Shown here in pieces: positions 9,319-19,294 of a DNA stretch of 64,000 nt. This stretch comes from an uncultured Lachnospiraceae bacterium (lineage in GTDB: Bacteria > Bacillota > Clostridia > Lachnospirales > Lachnospiraceae), in contig CAREEU010000007.1 in assembly GCA_948964755.1 (NCBI GenBank), positions 35,417 through 99,416 on the forward strand, read 5' to 3'. Every line of letters starts with the position of its first letter. Position 1 is the stretch's first letter. The notes beneath the pieces are model-generated. The model saw only the letters and a list, made by a program, of their open reading frames with translations, did no database searches and was not told the DNA's origin. Position numbers and translations under genes: made by a program.

Positions 9319-9456
9319 AGGCAGGAGAGAGGGAATCTTTGCAGGGGTATTGCTTCCCGCCGGCACTTAGGTGCTGTTCTTTAGCACCTTATGTGTCCGC
9401 TGCGAAGAAGCCTTAGTGCAAACGGCCCCAGCAAAGAATCCCTCTCTCCTGCCTGC
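9319..9456 (-). repeat. element-3 repeat copy 2 (inverted relative to copy 1)
   Basis: Reverse complement of the same core. Flanks gcaggcaggagagagggaatctttgc / gcaaagaatccctctctcctgcctgc. Confidence 0.8.
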
Positions 9457-9485
9457 GTCCTCCCCCCTCCTATTTATGTCCTTTC

Positions 9486-9953
9486 TCACACAATATCCTC
9501 CACCAAACAATCCATTACCCTTCGAAGCCCCTCCAGCCCCACTTCCACCTGGCATCCTATCTTCCCGGCACTAAAAAAAATCGTCTCAAACTCCCGCACC
9601 GTACAATGCACAACAGTAGGAAAAACTTTCTTCATCCCAATAGGAGAACACCCTCCATGCACATATCCTGTAAGCGGCAAAAGCTCCTTTGCCTTTACCA
9701 TCTCAACTGACTTTTCCCCTACTGCCGCAGCCGCTTTTTTTAAATTCAATTCCTGATCCACCGGAATGACAAACACATAATTCTTTTTTGACTTTCCCAC
9801 CGTAACCAGTGTCTTAAACACCCGCTTTGGATTCTGCCCCAGCAAAGCCGCTACCTCCACTCCACTAAGCGTCCCATCACCTGTATAATAATAACTTTTA
9901 TAATTCACCTTTTTTTGTTCCAATACCCGCATTACATTTGTCTTTTCTCCCAT
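9486..9953 (-). CDS. YbaK/EbsC-type Cys-tRNA(Pro) deacylase
   Basis: 155 aa. YbaK/ProX editing-domain fold (..LKTLVTVGKSKKNYVFVIP..GYVHGGCSP..). Confidence 0.75.
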   Translation of the reverse strand: MGEKTNVMRVLEQKKVNYKSYYYTGDGTLSGVEVAALLGQNPKRVFKTLVTVGKSKKNYVFVIPVDQELNLKKAAAAVGEKSVEMVKAKELLPLTGYVHGGCSPIGMKKVFPTVVHCTVREFETIFFSAGKIGCQVEVGLEGLRRVMDCLVEDIV

Positions 9954-9987
9954 ATGCTTTCTCCCTTTTTCTATTACTATATTATAT

Positions 9988-11340
9988 TTATCGTGTTACA
10001 TTTTGAAGCCAACGATACGTCCGATACCGCCAAGTAGTAATCGGTATCTTAATTACTTCATCACTCAGTAAAATTATATAGACCAAAGGTACCGAAAAAT
10101 CCAGAAAAAAAGCTCCGACCGCTCCAAACGCTATCGAAATTCCCCACATAATGGAAACATCTAAAATCAGCCCAAATAAGGTATCTCCTCCTCCTCGAAA
10201 GATTCCGACTACCAAAGTAGTATTATAAGACTGCCCTATTACAAAATAAGACATGACTAGCATCATAACTCCAAGATAATATCGGGACTCTTCCGATAAA
10301 GTAAATGCTGTCATTACAATCGGTCGGGCAAGCAGCACAACGACAGCTCCGGCAATTCCGGTAATTATACTTAGCTTTCGAAACCGCTTTCCATATTCTT
10401 TTGCTGTTTCTAATTTTCCCTCTCCTATCGCTTTTCCAATTAAAATCGCTGTAGTAGAAGAAACTCCAAATGCTACTACTGTAGCAAGCTGCCGAACGAC
10501 CTGTGCTACCGAATTTGCCGCTACAGCCGAGCTTCCCATATGTCCTAATATTGCTGCAATAGTAGAAACTCCTGCTCCCCACATCAGTTCATTAAAAATA
10601 ACTGGTATGGAATACTTGACAAAATCTCGAAATAACAGAGAATCCCTTCGAAATAAAAAGGAAAAACGAAATGCCAATACCTCGTTTTTTTTCCAATTAT
10701 AAAAAATTACTACTACAAGTTCTGCTATTCGAGCCAACAGTGTTCCTATTGCTGCACCTGCAACTCCCATTTTAGGAAAAGAACCCAGTCCAAATATAAA
10801 AAAACTGTTTCCAACAATGTTCGTTATCATAGAGATTAGATAAGTAACAGTTGCAATTGCTACCCGTTCCATTCCACGCATGGTATTTAAATAGACCATG
10901 GTAATGGCAGAGACTGTATAAGAAAGTGCAACAATTCGAAGGTAACGTACTCCCTGTAAGATCACTTCTGCATCATCTGTAAAAATCATCATGATTCTTT
11001 TAGGCATACATTCGGTTATAACAGCAAAAAAAATTCCGACAAGTGCAGCAGTTTTCATTGCCATTCCAAATACAGCAGCAATCGAATCTTTATCCCCTTT
11101 TCCCCAATACTGAGCAATTAAAACCGAAGCCCCGGAAGTCAGCCCAAATAAAATCAGGCTCATAATAAACTGAACCTGACTTCCTAAAGACGCTCCAGAA
11201 AGTACTTTTTCCCCGACTCGTCCAAGCATAATGACATCTACGGAAGAAATTCCGACATTAATCAGATTTTGAAGTGCCATAGGAATAAGAAGGGTCAGCA
11301 CTGCCCGATAAAATTGTTTCTTTTCCGTCTGTTCTGTCAT
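9988..11340 (-). CDS. MATE family efflux transporter
   Basis: 450 aa, 12 TM segments, MATE N-terminal signature ..LIPMALQNLINVGISSVDVIMLGRVG.. Confidence 0.85.
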   Translation of the reverse strand: MTEQTEKKQFYRAVLTLLIPMALQNLINVGISSVDVIMLGRVGEKVLSGASLGSQVQFIMSLILFGLTSGASVLIAQYWGKGDKDSIAAVFGMAMKTAALVGIFFAVITECMPKRIMMIFTDDAEVILQGVRYLRIVALSYTVSAITMVYLNTMRGMERVAIATVTYLISMITNIVGNSFFIFGLGSFPKMGVAGAAIGTLLARIAELVVVIFYNWKKNEVLAFRFSFLFRRDSLLFRDFVKYSIPVIFNELMWGAGVSTIAAILGHMGSSAVAANSVAQVVRQLATVVAFGVSSTTAILIGKAIGEGKLETAKEYGKRFRKLSIITGIAGAVVVLLARPIVMTAFTLSEESRYYLGVMMLVMSYFVIGQSYNTTLVVGIFRGGGDTLFGLILDVSIMWGISIAFGAVGAFFLDFSVPLVYIILLSDEVIKIPITTWRYRTYRWLQNVTR

Positions 11341-11390
11341 GTTTTTCTGTTTCCTTTCTAATACTTTTTACATTTCATAAATTAGATTTT

Positions 11391-11512
11391 AATCAAATCG
11401 GATATTCGCAGTCCGCTTTGCTACTTGCTCATAACCTCATCAAGGAAGTCCCAACCCACCGCTTTCGCCTTGGCGGCTTAGAAGCGGGGAACTTCCTTGA
11501 TAAGATTAAAAG
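11391..11512 (+). repeat. SHE-2 copy (single GC-hairpin module)
   Basis: aatcaaatcggatattcgcagtccgctttgctacttgctcataacctcat caaggaagtccc..gggaacttccttg ataagattaaaag. Overlaps the stop codon of the 11506 gene. Confidence 0.75.
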
Positions 11513-12408
11513 CATAGATTGATACATCCGATAATTAGTCCAATTAAAGCCCCCAAATTGATAATGGAATGAAGCTCCTTTTCCATAACGGAAAGGGTCA
11601 GTTTTTCAATCTCTTTTACATCCATAGTACGAATTTTTTCCTCGACAATCTGACTAATCGGAATATATTCCATTATAGTGCCAAAATAGTCTGTAATAAT
11701 CCGCCGATAGAGAGATAACATCAGCTGTTCTAAATTTTCTTCTGTAACAGGCAGACCTTCCACTGTTTCGGCAATGGTTTTATCTGTAAAGCGATAGACT
11801 TCTTCTTTTGTTTTTTCCTCTATTAATGCTTTACCATGTTCTTCTAGATATTGATTGAGTTCTTTTCTTATCATCTGTTCCATTCCGGCAATCATCTTAT
11901 CATTTAACATCATAGCAAGTAAGGTGCCCTGTGTTTTCTGCCGAATTACTTCTGCTACCTTTTCTCCTACAATACTTCCAAAGTCCATCTCCGTTACTTT
12001 GTGATAGAGAAGCTCTCCTACGGTTTCTATCGTTTTTGTCAAAAACTGATCTACGGTTTCTTCTGAAGTCTGTTTTTCGGCAAATTCTTTTATCGTATTC
12101 TGATTGGTAATTCCTTTTTGATAAAAAACCGAAATTTGATTTTTTACTGTTTCCTGCATCTGCTCTGATAATAAAAGCTGCTCAAAATCTTTCTTTGTCA
12201 ATAATACTTCTCCTACTGCTTCTCCCACCGCTTTTGCCAGCCGTTCCCTTCCTTTTGGAATAATTCCGGGAGTAAAGGGAAGCTGCCACTTTCCAAGATA
12301 GACGGGATACAACGGTCGAAACAGCATCTTTACTGCAATATAATTGGTGAAATATCCAATTGCAGCCCCTACCACAGGTCCTGCAAGCATTGTAATATCA
12401 AAAGCCAT
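11506..12408 (-). CDS. DUF445-family membrane-associated protein
   Basis: 300 aa. N-terminus GPVVGAAIGYFTNYIAVKMLFRP is typical of DUF445. Confidence 0.55.
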   Translation of the reverse strand: MAFDITMLAGPVVGAAIGYFTNYIAVKMLFRPLYPVYLGKWQLPFTPGIIPKGRERLAKAVGEAVGEVLLTKKDFEQLLLSEQMQETVKNQISVFYQKGITNQNTIKEFAEKQTSEETVDQFLTKTIETVGELLYHKVTEMDFGSIVGEKVAEVIRQKTQGTLLAMMLNDKMIAGMEQMIRKELNQYLEEHGKALIEEKTKEEVYRFTDKTIAETVEGLPVTEENLEQLMLSLYRRIITDYFGTIMEYIPISQIVEEKIRTMDVKEIEKLTLSVMEKELHSIINLGALIGLIIGCINLCF

Positions 12409-12430
12409 TGCTGATTCTCCTCTTTTGCCC

Positions 12431-13696
12431 CTATTTTTCTTTCATTAATTCTTCTAGTGCAGTGATCTGTTCGGTTCCTTCCTGAATATCTGTACAGGTC
12501 ACTTTCTGCCGATTTTCAATATAATAAACCTGAGCCATCTTTTCCCGCTTTGCATAGGCAATATAATCGGAAATCGTATAGCGGGTACGTCTTCTAGTCT
12601 GTTCTACCAGCTTGCCCTGTTTTCGAAAATATTCGGAAAGCACAATTCCTGCCTGCCGCTCCTGATGTTCAAATACTACCAGACAATCGACCAATACCGT
12701 ATCAATCGTAATCTTTTGTCTGGTTAAAGCTAACATCAACTGATCGACATGAATAGCAAATCCAATTGCTGCCGATTCTTTCCCAAACTGCTGCAGTAAG
12801 GAATTATAACGTCCCCCAGTTACCACTGCTTCTCCGGTTCCATAGGTATACCCTCGAAAGATAATTCCTGTATAATATTTATAATGTCCCAACATCCCCA
12901 GTTCAAAAGAAACATACTGTTCTAATCCATAATATTCCAAAATCCGATAGATTTTTTCCAAGCGAAGAATCGCTGCCATAGAAGTCGGATTTGCTGTTAA
13001 TTTTCTTGCTTCTTTTAGACAGTCCGCCGTTCCGAAAAGATTGGACAACTCTAAAAAGGTGGTTCTGATTTTTTCCTCTATTCCTTTTTGCAGCAGCATC
13101 TCTTCCATTCCAAAATAATTTTTATTTTCTATATATTCTCGAAGTGCGGTTTCCGTTTCCTCATCCAGTCCGGCTTCTTCTAAAAGTCCGTTAAAAAATC
13201 CCACTTCTCCTAATTCCACCTGAAACTCGGTCAATCCTGCCGCCAGCATACATTTAATAACAATAGCGATCATCTCGCCTGCTGCATCGGTCGTCTCATC
13301 TCCGATCAGCTCACAGCCCATCTGTGTCGTTTCTTTTAACCGCCCTTGGTAGCTGTGATTATTAATATAGGTATTTCCGGTATAACAGAAACGAAGCGGC
13401 ATATCCTCTGTCATAAAATATTTGCTTGCACAGCGGGCAATAGAAGGGGTTAAATCTGGGCGAAGCACCAGAGTATTGCCCTCCCGATCAATAAATTTAA
13501 ACATTTCATTGGAAACCACACTGCCCCGCTCTTTATTAAAAATATCAAAAAATTCAAAGGTCGGTGTCTGTATATCCTGATATCCATGAGAACGAATCAC
13601 TTGATGCAGACGTTTCTCTAATTCTAATTTTACTGCACATTCATGATTATAGATATCTCTGACTCCCTCAGGAGTATGTAATAGCTGATTTTTCAT
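12431..13696 (-). CDS. histidyl-tRNA synthetase-like protein (HisZ-like class II aaRS paralog)
   Basis: 421 aa. HisZ-like N-terminus PEGVRD. Has a GGRYNSLLQQFG..AIGFAIHVDQL motif-3 region but no GLER catalytic signature. No his genes nearby. Confidence 0.5.
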   Translation of the reverse strand: MKNQLLHTPEGVRDIYNHECAVKLELEKRLHQVIRSHGYQDIQTPTFEFFDIFNKERGSVVSNEMFKFIDREGNTLVLRPDLTPSIARCASKYFMTEDMPLRFCYTGNTYINNHSYQGRLKETTQMGCELIGDETTDAAGEMIAIVIKCMLAAGLTEFQVELGEVGFFNGLLEEAGLDEETETALREYIENKNYFGMEEMLLQKGIEEKIRTTFLELSNLFGTADCLKEARKLTANPTSMAAILRLEKIYRILEYYGLEQYVSFELGMLGHYKYYTGIIFRGYTYGTGEAVVTGGRYNSLLQQFGKESAAIGFAIHVDQLMLALTRQKITIDTVLVDCLVVFEHQERQAGIVLSEYFRKQGKLVEQTRRRTRYTISDYIAYAKREKMAQVYYIENRQKVTCTDIQEGTEQITALEELMKEK

Positions 13697-14256
13697 AATT
13701 TCTCCCTCTTTTTGTCTGTCTGATTTTCTCGATTGTTCAGATCTTTTTGCAGCATTGCCAGATAGTGAATCGGAACATTGCTTCTATGACCGATACGATA
13801 GGTTTTGTCGATCTCCTGATAGGTAAAGCTTTTCCTTCCTCCGGCTTTCATCCGAAGCCAAAACCGTTCCATATCCGCAAACGGCATATAATAACATTCC
13901 TCGACTGCGGTATAGTAAATCACCAAAAAAGCAATTCCCTCCTGCCGCTCAAATTCTCTCATAAAAGCAACTTGATGTTCATGCAGATTAGCAAGTGGAA
14001 ACGTTTCCTTTGCACACTCCTTTGCATCAAAACAAATCGGAATTCCCTGTACTGCTCCAATATAATCTACGGTACTTTTCTGGTCAAAATAAGCCAACGT
14101 AATATGGCGGGTCTGTTTGTCAATGGTAATCGGTTTAATCGGAGTCGGAATCTTTTGAATTAAAGCTAACCCCTCCTCTAAATATACTTCATTGCTGTAG
14201 TTAATCAATTCCTCTAAAGAAGATCCTCTCAATCCTCTAGAATTCCAGGTTGCCAT
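13693..14256 (-). CDS. recU: Holliday junction resolvase RecU
   Basis: 187 aa with RecU fold and conserved acidic/catalytic region (..VDYIGAVQGIPICFDAKE..). Confidence 0.75.
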   Translation of the reverse strand: MATWNSRGLRGSSLEELINYSNEVYLEEGLALIQKIPTPIKPITIDKQTRHITLAYFDQKSTVDYIGAVQGIPICFDAKECAKETFPLANLHEHQVAFMREFERQEGIAFLVIYYTAVEECYYMPFADMERFWLRMKAGGRKSFTYQEIDKTYRIGHRSNVPIHYLAMLQKDLNNRENQTDKKREKL

Positions 14257-15251
14257 AAAAGCTGTTCTCCTTTTATAAACTCTGCAAATCGTGTTGGATA
14301 AGGAGCCGTAAACTTCTTTTTTGAGAGATACGACAGCTCTCCGGCGATATCCGGCATTTCCAATCGATAGGCATGAAGAAGCTGGCTTCGAATCGAATAG
14401 CGTTCCTGATAAAAACGATTGATCTGCTGTTCGCCATACTTTGTATCTCCTATAATCGGATGTCCAATAGAAGCCAAGTGTGCCCGAATCTGATGAGAAC
14501 GCCCTGTCACCAGCTTTACTTCTAAAAGACTGACTTTTTGATTCGATGCCAGCGGTCGGTACTGCGTCTCAATCGGAACCATACCTTCCCTGTCAAAGGC
14601 AGAAGCAGTCTCTTTTAAAGTAACAATATTACTTTCTTTTTCTTTCTTTAGATATCCCCGTATCACACATGCCTCTTTTACTTCTCCTGCTGCAATACAA
14701 AGATAGTATTTGCCGAGTTCTCTTGATTTTAATAGTTCTGCCATAGTCTGAAGCCCCAGCAGAGATTTTCCTGCAATTAAAATTCCGCTGGTATTTCGAT
14801 CCAAACGATTACAGACAGAAGGAGAAAATCCTCTTAAATCCTCTTCTGTAAAAGAACCATTTGTCAGCAGATAAGCACGAAGCTGTTCTACCGCAGAAAT
14901 ATCTCCTTCCTTTGCCTTCTGTGATAACATCCCCACCGGCTTATTGATTAAAATAATATGGGCATCCTCATAGATAACCGACAGATTATTTTTTATTTGT
15001 TTTAGCTGCCGGATCGGTTTTTTTTCTGTAAAATTTGCGATCGTCTCATCGGAAAGGAATAACTGCACGGTATCTCCGGTCTCTAACTTTTTAGACCCTT
15101 CTGCCTTTTTTCCATTTACGGTAATATTTTTCTTTCGAAGCATTTTATAAAAAAAACTTTTCGGTGCCAAGTTTAGATATTTTGCCAGCATCTTATCCAG
15201 CCGCTGCCCGGCATCGTTTTGCTTTACCACAATTTCCTGCATCCCGCACAC
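14229..15251 (-). CDS. RluA-family 23S rRNA pseudouridine synthase with S4 domain
   Basis: 340 aa. S4 domain QRLDKMLAKYL..., catalytic region HQIRAHLASIGHPIIGDTKYG. Confidence 0.85.
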   Translation of the reverse strand: MCGMQEIVVKQNDAGQRLDKMLAKYLNLAPKSFFYKMLRKKNITVNGKKAEGSKKLETGDTVQLFLSDETIANFTEKKPIRQLKQIKNNLSVIYEDAHIILINKPVGMLSQKAKEGDISAVEQLRAYLLTNGSFTEEDLRGFSPSVCNRLDRNTSGILIAGKSLLGLQTMAELLKSRELGKYYLCIAAGEVKEACVIRGYLKKEKESNIVTLKETASAFDREGMVPIETQYRPLASNQKVSLLEVKLVTGRSHQIRAHLASIGHPIIGDTKYGEQQINRFYQERYSIRSQLLHAYRLEMPDIAGELSYLSKKKFTAPYPTRFAEFIKGEQLLWQPGILED

Positions 15252-15255
15252 TCCC

Positions 15256-15849
15256 TTACATAATTAAAGTAAGCAGAATTTCTGCAATTCTCTGATCCTT
15301 CTTCTGCTGCTTTTCCTCTGTTTCTATCTGCCGCATCGTATCTAACCGATTGAAAAATACTTTTTTATCCTTAAAAATTTTTACTGTGGCTTTTTGACCA
15401 TTTGTCATTAAATTTTGGGTTAAAAATGTCTCGGCATAGGCAGTATCATATTTTTCCGCCTCTGTATAACCGCAAACACTGCTGTTATGAACCGCTACAA
15501 ATAAAGTAGGAAGGGTCTTTTCTCCTGTTGTAATCACCAAATCCGTTAAAATCCGAACCTGTTTCGCATGCTCTAAGACACTTTGATATTGTTCAGATGA
15601 AGCGGACGGATAGGGTAAAAGAGCAAGAAAAGAAGCCGCAAACTTAGCAGTAGGAAGAGCACTTAAAATTGCCATAACCGTAAAAATATTATTTCTGGTT
15701 TTGGTGGTCAGATAACCGGTGAAAAAAAACGCTGCTACCATACAAAGACATAAAGCAGTCGCTGTCCCAAGCCGCTTTTTCCGCATAGTTAGATAACCGT
15801 ATTCTCCTTTTGCAATTTTCTTCTTTTCTTTTTTTCTTGTATTTTCCAT
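15256..15849 (-). CDS. hypothetical membrane protein
   Basis: ORF with K-rich N-terminus and two predicted TM segments. Start taken at the internal Met MENTRKK. Confidence 0.35.
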   Translation of the reverse strand: MENTRKKEKKKIAKGEYGYLTMRKKRLGTATALCLCMVAAFFFTGYLTTKTRNNIFTVMAILSALPTAKFAASFLALLPYPSASSEQYQSVLEHAKQVRILTDLVITTGEKTLPTLFVAVHNSSVCGYTEAEKYDTAYAETFLTQNLMTNGQKATVKIFKDKKVFFNRLDTMRQIETEEKQQKKDQRIAEILLTLIM

Positions 15850-15866
15850 TTTTTCTTTTCCTTTAT

Positions 15867-16625
15867 CTAAAGAAACCGCAGCAGCCAAGAATGAGGCAGC
15901 AGCTTACAAAGCCAGTAAAATCCGTTCATGGTTCCTCCATAAACCGATACACTTCGCCGTCTTAAAGAATCCCGAAACGCCTTTTTGACTACTTTAACTG
16001 GATTGGCAAGAAACAGTTTCTTATAGAGAGCCACTTCTCCGGTCTCCTCAGCAATCCCAAAAAACTCCGTCCGCACCGGTCCGGGACAGACTGCCGTTAC
16101 CGCAATTCCACGCCCCTTTAATTCCTCATTTAAAGCCCGGGAAAAACTCAGCACATAGGACTTTGTAGCAGCATAGACAGCAAACCGAGGCTGAGGCAGA
16201 AACGCTGCCGCAGAAGCAAGCTGAATGATTCGGGAATTTTCCGCCATATAGGGAAGCATTAGATTTGTCATCGCTGTAAGTGCCCGGCAGTTTACATCAA
16301 TCATTCCCACTGCCTCTTTAACAGGCACTTCCTCACAGTCCCCAATCTTTCCAAATCCCGCACAATTTACCAGCATTTTTACCCGAGGCTGCTTCTCCTC
16401 TAAGATCTGCTCTAACTTCTCTATCCAATCGTCTTTTTCTAAATCCCATACAAAAGATACCAATGGAATCGTTCCCTCTTTTGCTAATTCTTCCAGTCGA
16501 TCCTTCCGTCTTGCCACTACCCAGATCTCATCTACCGATTTTAACTTTTGATCGATCAATCGTACAAACTCTCTTCCCAATCCAGAAGAAGCCCCGGTAA
16601 CAACTGCAATCTTCTTTCTTTCCAT
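15867..16625 (-). CDS. SDR-family short-chain dehydrogenase/reductase
   Basis: TGASSGLG Rossmann motif and YAATKSYV (YxxxK) catalytic motif. Confidence 0.8.
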   Translation of the reverse strand: MERKKIAVVTGASSGLGREFVRLIDQKLKSVDEIWVVARRKDRLEELAKEGTIPLVSFVWDLEKDDWIEKLEQILEEKQPRVKMLVNCAGFGKIGDCEEVPVKEAVGMIDVNCRALTAMTNLMLPYMAENSRIIQLASAAAFLPQPRFAVYAATKSYVLSFSRALNEELKGRGIAVTAVCPGPVRTEFFGIAEETGEVALYKKLFLANPVKVVKKAFRDSLRRRSVSVYGGTMNGFYWLCKLLPHSWLLRFL

Positions 16626-16636
16626 TCTGTCAACCT

Positions 16637-18622
16637 CTATTTTCCTTTATTTTTATAATATCCTTTTTGATTTCTTTTATCTGCTTTATCTGTTTGATTT
16701 CTTTTGTCTGCCTTTTGACTAATACCCGTCATTCGTTTAGCTGATTTCTTTTTTCCTCTTTTCTGTTCCTCTTCTCTTTTTTTCGCCCGTGCCTTTTGCA
16801 TCCGTATCGCTGCTTCCCTTGGACGAATCAGGCATTTTTTATCAAATCCCACCAAATCCATCCGTCCTGCCTTTTTTAACGCCTCCAAAACCAGCTCATA
16901 ATTTGCCGGATTCCGATACTGAATCAAAGCCCGCTGCATTGCCTTTTCATGCGGATTCACTGGAACATACACCTTCTCCATTGTACGGGGATCCAACCCA
17001 GTATAATACATAGCAGTCGATATTGTAGAAGGAGTCGGATAAAAATCCTGTACCTGCTCTGGCATATATCCCAAATCTCTTAGATACTCCGCCAATACAA
17101 CCGCCTCTTTTAAAGTAGAACCCGGATGGGAAGACATTAGATAGGGAACCAAATACTGCTTCATTCCAAGCTGTTCATTCATCTTTCTATATTTTTCCGC
17201 AAATTTTTGATAAACTATATTTTTAGGTTTTCCCATCCTCTGCAGCACGGGATCGGCTACATGTTCCGGTGCGACTTTTAGCTGTCCGCTGATATGATAT
17301 TGACAAAGCTCCTTTAAAAATTGATCGTTTGCATCTGCCATTACATAATCAAAACGAATTCCAGAACGAATAAAAACCTTTTTTACCCCAGGAAGTGCCC
17401 GAAGTTCTCTTAACAATTTTAAATAGTCCTGATGATCTACCATTAAATTTTTACAAGGCGTAGGAAATAAACACTGCTTCTTTGTACAGACCCCTTTCGT
17501 CAATTGTTTTTCACAGGAAGGATGCCGAAAATTCGCTGTCGGTCCTCCCACATCATGCAGATATCCCTTAAACTCTTTATCCTGAATCAAACGTTTTGCT
17601 TCCTCTACAATTGAAGAATGACTTCTGGTCTGAACAATTCTGCCCTGGTGAAACGTCAGGGCACAAAAACTGCATCCGCCAAAACACCCCCGGTTGCTGA
17701 CCAAACTAAACTTTACCTCCGCTATAGCAGGAACACCGCCTTCCTTCTGATACATCGGATGACAGTCTCTCTGATAAGGCAGGGCATAAATATCATCCAT
17801 TTCCTGCATCGTAAGGGGTTTAGAAGGCGGATTCTGTACAACATACAGATACTCCCCATAGGGCTCTACTAACCGCTTGCCGGAAAACGGATCGGTATTA
17901 CAATACTGCGTATAAAAACTTTTCGCATACTGTGTCTTATCCAACTTTATCTCCGAAAAAGAAGGCAGCACTTCTGCATCATATACACTTTCTAAACTCT
18001 TCGTCTTATAAACGGTTCCGTCAATAAACGTAATCTCTGAAACAGGTATCCCGCTCTGCAGTGCCTCCGCCAGTTCCACCACTGCATGTTCTCCCATCCC
18101 ATACATTAAAATATCCGCCTGCGAATCCAATAAAATCGAACGCTTTACCCGATCCGACCAATAGTCATAATGCCCAAGCCTCCTAAGGGAAGCCTCAATC
18201 CCTCCTATCAAAATCGGCACATCCTTATAGACCTGCCGAATTAAATTCCCATACACAACCGTAGCATAATCGGGACGTTTCCCAATAACTCCGCCCGGAG
18301 TATAGGCATCTGTCTGTCTGCGTTTTTTTGACACGCTATAGTGATTTACCATAGAATCCATATTTCCGCCAGTCACCAAAAATCCAAGCCTAGGTCTTCC
18401 AAAAACAGTGATACTCTCTTTTCTCTTCCAGTCCGGCTGCGGCAATATTCCAACCCGAAATCCATGTGCCTCCAAAACCCGACTGATAATTGCATGTCCA
18501 AAAGAAGGGTGATCCACATAGGCATCTCCAATTACATAGACAAAATCCACCCATTCCCATCCCAACTGCACACAATCTTCCCAACATACGGGAAGATACT
18601 TCTTTTCCATTCCCATCCGCAT
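16637..18622 (-). CDS. YgiQ-family radical SAM protein (UPF0313)
   Basis: 661 aa. N-terminal YgiQ domain (VIGDAYVDHPSFG), radical-SAM core (GCFGGCSFC), K/R-rich C-terminal tail. Confidence 0.8.
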   Translation of the reverse strand: MRMGMEKKYLPVCWEDCVQLGWEWVDFVYVIGDAYVDHPSFGHAIISRVLEAHGFRVGILPQPDWKRKESITVFGRPRLGFLVTGGNMDSMVNHYSVSKKRRQTDAYTPGGVIGKRPDYATVVYGNLIRQVYKDVPILIGGIEASLRRLGHYDYWSDRVKRSILLDSQADILMYGMGEHAVVELAEALQSGIPVSEITFIDGTVYKTKSLESVYDAEVLPSFSEIKLDKTQYAKSFYTQYCNTDPFSGKRLVEPYGEYLYVVQNPPSKPLTMQEMDDIYALPYQRDCHPMYQKEGGVPAIAEVKFSLVSNRGCFGGCSFCALTFHQGRIVQTRSHSSIVEEAKRLIQDKEFKGYLHDVGGPTANFRHPSCEKQLTKGVCTKKQCLFPTPCKNLMVDHQDYLKLLRELRALPGVKKVFIRSGIRFDYVMADANDQFLKELCQYHISGQLKVAPEHVADPVLQRMGKPKNIVYQKFAEKYRKMNEQLGMKQYLVPYLMSSHPGSTLKEAVVLAEYLRDLGYMPEQVQDFYPTPSTISTAMYYTGLDPRTMEKVYVPVNPHEKAMQRALIQYRNPANYELVLEALKKAGRMDLVGFDKKCLIRPREAAIRMQKARAKKREEEQKRGKKKSAKRMTGISQKADKRNQTDKADKRNQKGYYKNKGK

Positions 18623-18634
18623 CCTCTCCTACTG

Positions 18635-19288
18635 TCACGCAAATGTAAGTTCATTATAATCCTTTATATAATAATCAGCAAGTCTTTGTTTCTCTCCCGT
18701 CAAATCAGCCGAATACGGATCTTCTATTGCATACACCGTCATCCCTGCACGCTTTCCCGCAAGAATCCCCTGCGGCACATCTTCAAACACCAGACACTCC
18801 TCCGGCTTTACTCCCACCAGCTTCGCTGCAGTCAGATAGACATCCGGTGCAGGTTTTCCGTTCTTTACTTCACATCCTGTTACCACCGCATCAAACCAAT
18901 CCAAAATCCGATGTGCACGCAAAACCGTTTCCGCCAGCTCCCTCGAATTACTGGTAGCAATAGCCAGACGAATTCCCCGTTCCTTTAACCGCTTTAAAAA
19001 CTCATAAGCCCCAGCCTTTAAAGGCACCTCAAAAGCATACTTATCATGTGCCATCTCATTCCAAGCCGCCTTCATTGCCTCCACCTCTTCTGGTATCTGA
19101 AACCGCTTCTTCATATAAACAGCCGTTTCCGTAAAACTCATCCCTTCAATACACTGTGCCAAATCTTCCGGCAATTCAATCTGATAACGTCCCAAATATT
19201 CTATATCAATCGCCTTCCACATCCACATAGAATCCACCAACGTTCCGTCCAAATCAAATAGTGCCGCCTTTATCCTACTGTCAATCAT
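18635..19288 (-). CDS. HAD-family hydrolase (beta-phosphoglucomutase-like)
   Basis: DLDGTLVDS motif I. 217 aa. Confidence 0.8.
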   Translation of the reverse strand: MIDSRIKAALFDLDGTLVDSMWMWKAIDIEYLGRYQIELPEDLAQCIEGMSFTETAVYMKKRFQIPEEVEAMKAAWNEMAHDKYAFEVPLKAGAYEFLKRLKERGIRLAIATSNSRELAETVLRAHRILDWFDAVVTGCEVKNGKPAPDVYLTAAKLVGVKPEECLVFEDVPQGILAGKRAGMTVYAIEDPYSADLTGEKQRLADYYIKDYNELTFA

Positions 19289-19294
19289 TCCTCT

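Noticed and set aside
8485-9756. ORFs through element-3 copies (8485-8772, 9391-9756, 63146-63358 sharing ..SLSANGPSKE.. / LLGPFALRLPRSGHIRHE)
   Set aside because: Same reasoning. The conserved peptide is an artefact of translating a repeated structured core.
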